This document shows, in pieces, positions 29,115 to 36,684 of a stretch of DNA of 64,000 bases. Origin of the DNA: an uncultured Verrucomicrobiae bacterium (GTDB lineage Bacteria; Verrucomicrobiota; Verrucomicrobiia; Limisphaerales; Palsa-1400); the NCBI GenBank assembly GCA_963764165.1, contig CAVXRD010000001.1, positions 1,309,959-1,373,958 on the forward strand, given 5' to 3'. Position 1 is the stretch's first letter; every line of letters begins with the position of its first letter. The notes beneath the pieces were generated by a model. The model made no database searches and had not been told where the DNA came from. It was given only the letters and a program-made list of their open reading frames with translations. Made by a program: the position numbers and the translations under genes.

Positions 29115-32100
29115 CTATCGCCCCAAATCAATCGTCAGCTTCACTGCCGCGCCACGCTCGGGCAGGCTTTCCCATTCGATCATCCCGGCGATGCTCTCAA
29201 TTCTCTTGCGCATGTTGGGCAGCCCGTTTCTGAGAGCAGACGATTCCGCACAGTTAGTCGCCGAATCCTGCGCAAAGCCCTTCCCGTTGTCGCGAATCAT
29301 CAGGATGAGCTTGCCGCGCTCGATCGCAATTTGAATCATGACCTCCGTGGCGGCGGCGTGTTTGACAATGTTATTCAGCGCCTCTTTGACGGTTAGAAAC
29401 AAATTATGCCGCACCTCGGCTGTCAAAAGAATTTCTGGCAGGAATTCCGGAACTTCCAACCGGCACGCGATCTTGGCAGTCTTCAAATACTCTTCGGCGA
29501 AGTTGCAGGTGTAAGTCACAAACTTCTCGAGGCTGTCGTTCGTTGGATTGACCGCCCAGACCACTTCATCCATGCGGCGCGTCAAGCTGCGCGCCTTGGC
29601 GGTGATCTTCTGCATGTCGGCCAGCACTTGAGCCGGTGAAGCGGACGGTTCCTGCGCAAATTCGCTCAGCAGCGCAATCTCCGTCAGGTTGGCTCCCAAG
29701 TCGTCGTGAATGTCACGCGCGATGCGCGAGCGCTCCCTTTCCACGGCACGTTCGCGCTCGGCCTGCTCCAAACGCCTGCGAACACGGCGGCGTTCGGAAT
29801 AGCGCACGGTCGAGAGAATGGCGGCAAGCCCGCCTGCCGTAGTCAATCCTAGAAACCACTTGGTCTCCCAGAAGTACGGGGCGGCCGCAATTTCAATCGT
29901 CGCCCCGGTATTGTTCCACACCCCATCTTCATTGCAGGCGATGACGTGGAATTGATAATTTCCGGGAGGAATGCGGCTGTAGACGGCGGTGCGTTTTGTT
30001 CCTGCGTCTTCCCAATCTTTGTCCAGATTTTCCAAACGATACTTGAATCGAACCCCATAAGGCGCAGCGAAGCTCAGAGCTGTATATTGAAATTCAACCC
30101 GGCGGTTGCCAGGCGCGAGAGTTATAATGCGCGGCAGCGTAAGCGTCGGCGTGGCATATCCGCTCGGCTGCGAATCCGCAGGCGTGTTTGTCAGGACGTC
30201 TTCGATCACGACGGTGGGTGGAAGCGTATTCCAGCCCACCGTTGCCGGATCCACCACGACCACTCCCTTCGTCGTGGGGAACCAAAGCCGGCCGTCGGGA
30301 GACTTGTAGCTCGAAGGTTGAAATCCACCCTGGCATTCAACGCTGGGAAGACCATCCTCCAAGGTGAAGGCGGCGCAACGCAGCGGTTCAACGCTGCCGG
30401 AGCCCGCCAACTCTTTCTTGCTGACTCTGAATACTCCACCGTAGGACCCGAGCCACAGATTCCCCAAGCTGTCGTCTTGAATCTGGCAAATCACATTATT
30501 GAGCAATCCGTTCTTGGTCGACCAGGTTTTGAAGTGTCCATTTTGCCAGCGGCTCAATCCGCCCCGGCATGATCCAACCCACAGAGTTCCTTCTCCATCA
30601 ACATAGAGGCACCAGATGGAATCGCTTTCCAGACCGTCTTTCCTGCCAAAGTGAGTGAACTTCCCGTCCCGCATTCGATACAACCCGTCCTCGCTGGTCC
30701 CCACCCACAAGTTGCCATCGTGATCTTCCACGATAGCCCGAACGTCGAGCGTGGCGGAAGTTCCCGGAATCTCGACCACGGTTCGTTCCGAATTGTGGAG
30801 GCGCGTAATGCCGCCAAAAGCCTGCTGGCCAATCCACAAATTGCTCTTGGAATCCTCAAAGATTGCCAGCACTTGCCAGCCGATGGTCTGCCCATCTGAC
30901 AGCCCGCTAAAACTGGCGCCATCCCACTTGTAAAGCCCGTCCCATGTGCCAGCCCAGACGGTTCCTCCGTGGTCTTGCACCACCGACCAAACATGCCCGT
31001 TTTTTAGTCCCTGGTTCGCGCCATAATGTTGAATTTCGCCGTTCCGGCAATGATCGAGTCCATCGCCATCGGTGCCAATCCAGACTCCGCCATCCTGCGC
31101 CCCCGCCACTGCCATCACTTGGTCGCTGGCCAATCCCTGCTTGCTTCCGAGCGTTTGAAATTTGGGGCGCTTCAAGCGGCACAGGCCACCTCCTTCCGTT
31201 CCGGCCCAAATATTCCCCTCTTTATCCTCCATCACGCAGCGAACGAAATCGGTGGGCAACCCATTATGCGAAGTGACGTGAAGCATCTGGCCATTGGTTT
31301 CATACCGAAACAAACCGTCGCCCAGAATCGCAACCCAAAGGCGGTTTTCCGCATCCTCGTACAAATCGTAGATCGGACGATTGGTCCATGAATAACTGCC
31401 GAGGTCAGCGGTCCAACGGCCTTCGGCGAATTTCCGCAATTGATTGTTGGCGGCGGCCCAAACTCCACCGGAGCGGCTGGAGGCCAGGAAATCCACTTGG
31501 AAACCGGCTTCGTTTGTCTGGCCCCACCTCGATTGAAACCGCCCATTCTGCAATACCGCCAGTTCGCTGGTGGTCCCGACCCAAATGCGGCCGCGATCAT
31601 CGCAGGCCAGCGCGTGGACCGCGCGGCTCGACAGATTCCAATCGTCCGAATCCACCTTGGACTGGCCGTTGAGGAATTTGATGAGCTGCCATTCGCACGA
31701 AACCTCCCACAAGGCGCCATCATGATCGCCGCAAAAATTGTGCGCGTATTCATGCGTGGTGCCGCGGCCGCGGGTTTCGAAGGCTGCGAATTGGCCGTCG
31801 CGAAGCCGCAAGAGCCCGCCGTGTTCCGTCCCCACCCAGAGCGTGCCGTCGTCGGTGCTCAGAAGCTGGACGATGCGGCTGTTTTTGATGGCCGGAGTGT
31901 TGTTCTCGTCGAAAACCTGAAATTTGACACCGTCAAAGCGAACCAGCCCGTTTTGTGTTCCCAGCCACAGGAATCCATCGGACGATTGCGAGATGCAGGT
32001 TACAGTGCTCTGGGGCAAGCCATCCTCAACCCGCCACGTTTTTGATTGGAATTCGGAGAGTGGCGCTGATTCGCCCGCGCGCAAATCATCCGCCACCAGG

Positions 32101-32189
32101 AAGAGCAGCATGCAGGAGATCCATTGAATGAGAATCCGGTCTGCCCACCTTGGCGGCGAGCCGGATTTGGGGGAAAGCTGAATAAACAT
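29115..32189 (-). CDS. sensor histidine kinase with periplasmic two-component-regulator beta-propeller repeats + Y_Y_Y domain, HisKA_3 + HATPase (NarL-partner type)
   Basis: Start chosen at MFIQLSPKSG...ILIQWISCMLLFLVA (32189). Many propeller repeats of the type GL....V..I..D..G.LW.GT..GL. Y_Y_Y segment VEFQYTALSFAAPYGVRFKYRLENLDKDWEDAG...YSRIPPGNYQFHVIACNEDGVWN. TM WFLGLTTAGGLAAILSTV. HisKA_3 box ERSRIARDIHDDLGANLTEIALL. ATPase IRDNGKGF. Confidence 0.88.
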   Translation of the reverse strand: MFIQLSPKSGSPPRWADRILIQWISCMLLFLVADDLRAGESAPLSEFQSKTWRVEDGLPQSTVTCISQSSDGFLWLGTQNGLVRFDGVKFQVFDENNTPAIKNSRIVQLLSTDDGTLWVGTEHGGLLRLRDGQFAAFETRGRGTTHEYAHNFCGDHDGALWEVSCEWQLIKFLNGQSKVDSDDWNLSSRAVHALACDDRGRIWVGTTSELAVLQNGRFQSRWGQTNEAGFQVDFLASSRSGGVWAAANNQLRKFAEGRWTADLGSYSWTNRPIYDLYEDAENRLWVAILGDGLFRYETNGQMLHVTSHNGLPTDFVRCVMEDKEGNIWAGTEGGGLCRLKRPKFQTLGSKQGLASDQVMAVAGAQDGGVWIGTDGDGLDHCRNGEIQHYGANQGLKNGHVWSVVQDHGGTVWAGTWDGLYKWDGASFSGLSDGQTIGWQVLAIFEDSKSNLWIGQQAFGGITRLHNSERTVVEIPGTSATLDVRAIVEDHDGNLWVGTSEDGLYRMRDGKFTHFGRKDGLESDSIWCLYVDGEGTLWVGSCRGGLSRWQNGHFKTWSTKNGLLNNVICQIQDDSLGNLWLGSYGGVFRVSKKELAGSGSVEPLRCAAFTLEDGLPSVECQGGFQPSSYKSPDGRLWFPTTKGVVVVDPATVGWNTLPPTVVIEDVLTNTPADSQPSGYATPTLTLPRIITLAPGNRRVEFQYTALSFAAPYGVRFKYRLENLDKDWEDAGTKRTAVYSRIPPGNYQFHVIACNEDGVWNNTGATIEIAAAPYFWETKWFLGLTTAGGLAAILSTVRYSERRRVRRRLEQAERERAVERERSRIARDIHDDLGANLTEIALLSEFAQEPSASPAQVLADMQKITAKARSLTRRMDEVVWAVNPTNDSLEKFVTYTCNFAEEYLKTAKIACRLEVPEFLPEILLTAEVRHNLFLTVKEALNNIVKHAAATEVMIQIAIERGKLILMIRDNGKGFAQDSATNCAESSALRNGLPNMRKRIESIAGMIEWESLPERGAAVKLTIDLGR

Positions 32190-32315
32190 TCTTGACACTT
32201 TGAGATTCAAGCCAGAGCGCGCGGCGCCGACCGTCCGCCCGAATTCTAGGGCCTCAGTCCGGCGAATATCGACAATAAAATGCGCCATCCGCCTTGGCCC
32301 CTCTTCGTTATCTTC

Positions 32316-32343
32316 ATAATACCACACAAGAGTGTAATTTCAA
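32316..32343 (-). promoter_or_regulatory. candidate sigma70-type promoter carried by repeat family B (TTGAAA-16 nt-TATTAT on the minus strand)
   Basis: The minus strand reads aaggTTGAAAttacactcttgtgtggTATTATgaag, which lies ~120 nt upstream of the kinase start at 32189. The paralogous copy (42690..42720) has a weaker version (catgta...cattat). Motif spotting only. Confidence 0.25.
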
Positions 32344-32484
32344 CCTTAATTGACAAAAGAGATTTTTCGGGCTTATGTTTCTCCCTGTCGCCGCCAGGGC
32401 GTGTTCTTTGACATTTTGCGGATTCCCTCGCCAGGGTATAGGGCAGCGGTGGTTTTTTAACGGGCTGTTCGGCAAGGCAGCTAA

Positions 32485-32747
32485 GGGCGCATCTCACTTT
32501 TTGGCAATCCCTTGCCGACGAAACGCGGTTTCCCTCGCCCTGCGAAGCGGGGAGAGGGTTAGGGAGAGGGGCGGTTAGGAAGCGACTTAAATCCATCGGC
32601 CTCAATGCGCATCGCCTCGCCTAGCATTAATGAGTTGCCCCTCTCTCCTTCTCTCTCCCCGCCAAGCGTGGCGGGGAGAGAGCGATCACTTGTCGCTCTG
32701 CGGAGCTTTTTGCAGAAGTCCGCCCTCACTAAAACTGAGATGCGCCC
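32485..32747. mobile_element. 263-bp MITE with terminal inverted repeats GGGCGCATCTCA(C/G)TTTT and 9-bp target-site duplication GGCAGCTAA
   Basis: The left end gggcgcatctcactttt (32485..) and right end aaaactgagatgcgccc (..32747) are inverted repeats. ggcagctaa occurs on both flanks (32476..32484 and 32748..32756). The paralogous family-B copy at 42507..42720 is uninterrupted at the equivalent position (an empty site). The interior is built of smaller GC-rich palindromes. Confidence 0.8.
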
Positions 32748-33054
32748 GGCAGCTAAATAAGTCATGATCGGGCATTGCGCGCTATTGCACCCTATTGCAC
32801 CCTTGGTTATTTGCGACTTGGCGGGTGCCCTCGCGGCCACTTAAATAGGGCCAACGCTTCCGCAGCGAAAATTTTGGGATGCCATACACTGCACCGTGTT
32901 TCATTGAATCGGCTCCAGCCGGAAGAAATGTAGCGGGTCTGTTGCGGGTCTGTAGCTATTTTTGTTGCGGGTTATCTGGTTGATAATCAACGATGTAGCG
33001 GGTGTAGCGGGTTTTTAGAGATTATAGCACATTCAATGCTGGAAGCACGGTGCC

Positions 33055-35901
33055 TTGCTCGGACTCTCCATGCGGTCTTCATTCGCGTCCAAAAAAGCTC
33101 GACCTGTCCGGCTCCGAGGGATTCATTATGCTGAAATAAATACGCCCCAACATCTTTCTGCGGAAAAAAGGATTCATGGCGCAACCCAAGGAGCGCGTCC
33201 GCTCGGGGCCACCTGTCTCTTCATGGCTTGCCTGATTTTGTGTGTGGCCGTTGGCAGAGCGCCTGGCGCGGTGGATTATATTTGGGTTGAAGGAGAGAAG
33301 CCGGTGACGCAGACGATGACCCGGCATCCCTGGTGGTATGACAAGGTGAAGAAGTACCAGCTTTCAGGCGGCGATTTCATATCCAATTGGAACGAAAAGC
33401 AGGCGGGGGAGGCGGCTTATGCGGTGCAAGCGCCAGCGGACAAGGATTACGTCTTTTGGATTCGCGCCAATCCGGTCGGGACGAAACTTTCCTACAAACT
33501 CGACGGCGGGGAATGGGCGTTGATCGATATGAACGGGGCTCAAGACACGGTCAACATCGCCGACGATGGAATGATTGATTTGCGTTTTTTGGCGTGGGCC
33601 AGAGTGGGCAAAGTCAGGCTGGCGCACGGACCGCATCGCATCGCTTTTCGGATGGACAGCGAGAATAACCATCACGGGATGCTGGATTGTTTTGTTTTCG
33701 CGAATGATACCTTCACACCCAGCGGAACTCACAAGCCGGGGGAAGACGCCAAGATTGCAGATGCGGCCAGCGAAGGAACTTGGGCATTCCATCCGCCGCG
33801 CGATGAGTTTTCTCCCGACGCCCTGCTGGACCTGCGTTCGCTGAATGAACATATCGCCGGAGAAAATGGCTTCGTGGGGCGCTCGCCAGAGGGAAGCGAT
33901 TTTGTGCTGGGCGATGGCAGGCCCGCGCGGTTTTGGGCCGTCAATGACGCGGCGTTTGGCACCGATCTCGCGCGTCACGCCCGCTTTCTAGCCAAGCGCG
34001 GCATCAACATGGTTCGTTTTCACTGCAACATCACCCCGACTGGGCATGACTTGATGGCCATTGATGAGCCGGATCGCGAGAAATTGTGGAAAGGAGTCGC
34101 GGCCATGAAAAAGGAAGGCATCTATGTGACTTACTCGCCGTATTGGGCGGGCGCGTCGCGCACAAAACCCGCGCTCGGATACCTTGACGATGGAGGCAAT
34201 CACAATTGGGGCTTGCTGTTTTTCGACGCCAAGCTCCAGGGGGCCTACAAGGCCTGGCTGAGGCAAGTATTGACAGAAAAAAACCCCTACACGGGCATTC
34301 CGCTGGCCGAGGATCCAGCGCTTGCGATCATCCAGATTCAGAACGAGGATTCGCTTTTGTTCTGGACGGAGCAAGGCATGAAGGTAGAGGCGCACAAGGA
34401 ATTGCGCCGCCAGTTTGCCGCGTTCGCCGCGAAAAAGTACGGCTCTCTTGAAACCGCGAAGTCGGCGTGGCAGAACGCTGAGCCATCCCCTGACCAGGAC
34501 GCTCCGGATGACTTTGCGCACCATGACGCCGCGTTGTACATCACATGGCAGCTGACGCAGCGCGGGGGAAGCGCCGGCCAGCAACAGCGCTGCGCCGATC
34601 AAATGCAATTCTTGACAGAGACGATGCGCCATTTCAATCAGATGATCGGCGATTACCTGAAAAACGAGCTTGGCTGCAAACAACTCGTCAACGCGGGCAA
34701 TTGGCGCACCGCCGACAACGTCACCATGCTTGATGCAGAGCGATGGTCTTACTCCGCCAACGACGTCATGGCGGTCAACCGCTACTACGACGGCGCCCAC
34801 GAAGGGGCGAACAGCGGCTGGGCGATCTGCACCGGCGACAAGTTCACAGATGATTCAGCATTGCTGCATCCGCGGGAATTGCCGCTGACACTCAAACAGG
34901 TGGCTGGATTTCCGATGATGGTTACCGAGAGTTCGTGGGTTCCGCCGCTGAGCCACCAATCCGAAGGGCCATTTCTAGTGGCCGCGTATCAATCGCTGAC
35001 CGGCATCGACGCCTATTTTTGGTTCGCGACGGGGGACGAAGATTGGCGGCAGCCGGGCTCGGCCAATGGATTTATGCCGTCAGAAGGCAAATGGGTTTGC
35101 GCCACGCCAATGCTTATGGGCCAATGGCCGGCAGCGGCGTTCATGCACCGCCTTGGTTACATCCAGCAAGGCGCGCCAGTCGTTTCCGAGCAGCGTCCAT
35201 TGGATGACCTGTGGCATCGGCAAATGCCAATCATCGCCGAGGACGCAGGCTACGACCCGAATCGTGACCAGGGCGCCCCAATGAAGCAGTCGAACATCAA
35301 AGCTGGCGTCAATCCCCTCGCCTACTTAGTCGGTCCCGTTGTTGCGAAGTATGGCGGGCCATCGGCTCCGAATAAAGCCGCGGACTTCAGCAATTATATT
35401 GACACCGAGCGCAAATCCATCCGCTCCATCACCCGCGAAATAACCCTGAACTACGGCAGCGGATGGTGCAGGCTGGACACACCCAAGGCACAAGGCGTGA
35501 CAGGTTTTCTGAAGGCTGCAGGCGTCTCGAAAATGGCCGATGTCGAAATTCGCTGCACGAATGATTACGCGACGGTGCTGGTCGTCGCGATGGACAACAA
35601 GCCGCTCAAGGACTCCGGCAAAATTCTGGTTCAAGTGGGAACGACCGAGCGCCCGCTCGGATGGAAGACAAAGCCCGCCACGGTTTTGGGCCGCGCCGGG
35701 GAGGAAGTTGTGAATTACGGCCACCCGCCGTGGATGATAGTCCGCGCCGATGTGGAAATTTCCGTGGCAAACCCGGGGCTCAAAACCGCCCGTGTGCTGG
35801 ATTGCAACGGAATGCCTGTGGGAGTGATTCCATTGGAGTCATTTGGCGGACGCGCGACGTTTAAATTTCCACCCGACGCGCTCTACGTGGTGCTTCAGTA
35901 G
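33055..35901 (+). CDS. exported glycoside hydrolase, clan GH-A TIM barrel (GH5/GH2/GH42-like) with N-terminal beta-sandwich
   Basis: 948-aa ORF. GINMVRFH, IYVTYSPYW and IIQIQNEDSLLFW (the N-E acid/base motif of clan GH-A). A hydrophobic signal-like segment ATCLFMACLILCVAVGRAPGA suggests the true start is near 33223 or a non-ATG codon just upstream. The start is uncertain. Confidence 0.7.
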   Translation: MLGLSMRSSFASKKARPVRLRGIHYAEINTPQHLSAEKRIHGATQGARPLGATCLFMACLILCVAVGRAPGAVDYIWVEGEKPVTQTMTRHPWWYDKVKKYQLSGGDFISNWNEKQAGEAAYAVQAPADKDYVFWIRANPVGTKLSYKLDGGEWALIDMNGAQDTVNIADDGMIDLRFLAWARVGKVRLAHGPHRIAFRMDSENNHHGMLDCFVFANDTFTPSGTHKPGEDAKIADAASEGTWAFHPPRDEFSPDALLDLRSLNEHIAGENGFVGRSPEGSDFVLGDGRPARFWAVNDAAFGTDLARHARFLAKRGINMVRFHCNITPTGHDLMAIDEPDREKLWKGVAAMKKEGIYVTYSPYWAGASRTKPALGYLDDGGNHNWGLLFFDAKLQGAYKAWLRQVLTEKNPYTGIPLAEDPALAIIQIQNEDSLLFWTEQGMKVEAHKELRRQFAAFAAKKYGSLETAKSAWQNAEPSPDQDAPDDFAHHDAALYITWQLTQRGGSAGQQQRCADQMQFLTETMRHFNQMIGDYLKNELGCKQLVNAGNWRTADNVTMLDAERWSYSANDVMAVNRYYDGAHEGANSGWAICTGDKFTDDSALLHPRELPLTLKQVAGFPMMVTESSWVPPLSHQSEGPFLVAAYQSLTGIDAYFWFATGDEDWRQPGSANGFMPSEGKWVCATPMLMGQWPAAAFMHRLGYIQQGAPVVSEQRPLDDLWHRQMPIIAEDAGYDPNRDQGAPMKQSNIKAGVNPLAYLVGPVVAKYGGPSAPNKAADFSNYIDTERKSIRSITREITLNYGSGWCRLDTPKAQGVTGFLKAAGVSKMADVEIRCTNDYATVLVVAMDNKPLKDSGKILVQVGTTERPLGWKTKPATVLGRAGEEVVNYGHPPWMIVRADVEISVANPGLKTARVLDCNGMPVGVIPLESFGGRATFKFPPDALYVVLQ

Positions 35902-35908
35902 GGAAAAA

Positions 35909-35985
35909 TGGTCGGGGCGGTGGGATTTGAACCCACGACCTCTTGGTCCCGAACCAAGCGCGCTACCAAGCTACGCTACGCCCCG
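35909..35985 (-). tRNA. tRNA-Pro (anticodon CGG), CCA encoded
   Basis: The minus strand reads CGGGGCGTAGCGTAGCTTGGTAGCGCGCTTGGTTCGGGACCAAGAGGTCGTGGGTTCAAATCCCACCGCCCCGACCA. It has a 7-bp acceptor stem CGGGGCG/CGCCCCG, an anticodon stem CTTGG/CCAAG with loop TTCGGGA, and a T-arm GTGGG TTCAAAT CCCAC. Confidence 0.92.
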
Positions 35986-36184
35986 CCAACCGACTGAGGA
36001 ACGTCAAGATGCCGCTCCTGACGAAGGATTGCAAAGGAATTCGCAAAAAGATTTGCGGCGCCTGCGGTGCCGCGAGGGACAATACATCTCTGCGCGAGGC
36101 CGAAACCTCGTTTTCAAAATTGAAACTGCGAGCGAGGAGGCGGCGCTTGCGCTCGCTGGCTTTAATGTTCCCTCAGCGCGGGAT

Positions 36185-36487
36185 CTATTTTGCCGCGACC
36201 GTCTTGGCCTTGCCTTTGCCCTTGCCTTTGGCTTCCGTCGCCAGGCGGTAGGTCAAGGTCGAATTGCGGCGGACAGAGCCTGAGTACTTCCGCGCCCATT
36301 CGCGATTTGCGACGGCGTGCTTCAGGCAGTGCCAGGCTGTGACCTTTGGCTCGCCGCAAATGACGCAGCGGCCTTCCTTGGCTCGGCGGAGCTGCCATTT
36401 TTGCTGGCGAGAGATCGGAAGCTCTGTGAACTCGTCCACAATTTTCTTCCGAGTGTATTCAGTAGTTTTCGTTTTTCCTTTTTTCAT
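36185..36487 (-). CDS. small basic hypothetical protein with CxxC...HCxxH zinc-ribbon-like motif
   Basis: Start chosen at MKKGKTKTTEYTRKKIVDEF. Contains CVICGEPKVTAWHCLKH and a Lys/Gly-rich tail (KGKGKGKAK). No family recognised. Confidence 0.5.
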   Translation of the reverse strand: MKKGKTKTTEYTRKKIVDEFTELPISRQQKWQLRRAKEGRCVICGEPKVTAWHCLKHAVANREWARKYSGSVRRNSTLTYRLATEAKGKGKGKAKTVAAK

Positions 36488-36684
36488 ATTTCGACAGTAG
36501 AGTTCTCCCCTTTTTCCCACCCGGAAATCGCCTCCGGGGCGTTATCAAGAGAACACAGGCTACGGCAATTTTTGAAAAAGAAAAGGACAAAATATGACTG
36601 TCGTGAAGAAATAAAAGCGCCCGCGCCTTGGCGCGAACGCTGTCAATTGCATTTATGGCCCGCGCCTGTTCGGCGCAAGGAGTC

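Larger units (their letters stand above)
32311..32808 (-). repeat. repeat family B (~215-bp gene-upstream element), copy interrupted by a MITE
   Basis: With 32476..32747 removed (the 263-bp MITE plus one copy of its 9-bp target-site duplication), the reverse complement aligns over ~215 bp at about 80% identity by eye with 42507..42720 (aaccaagggtgcaatagggtg.aatagcg.gcaa...cagcccgttaaaaaacca...tccgcaaaat...aaagaacacgccctg..ggcgacagggagaa.cataag.ccgaaaa...tgtcaattaag...tgtgg.attatg). Confidence 0.7.

Noticed and set aside
32190-32327. Upstream extension (MWYYEDNEEG...) of the propeller sensor kinase ORF
   Set aside because: It overlaps the family-B repeat and its putative promoter. The signal-anchor-like segment follows the ATG at 32189. 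An intermediate start at 32288 cannot be excluded.
35909-36185. tRNA-Pro as an integration site for a genomic island or prophage
   Set aside because: There is no integrase gene on either side. I saw no direct repeat of the tRNA 3' end within the window, and the flanking genes look like ordinary chromosomal genes.
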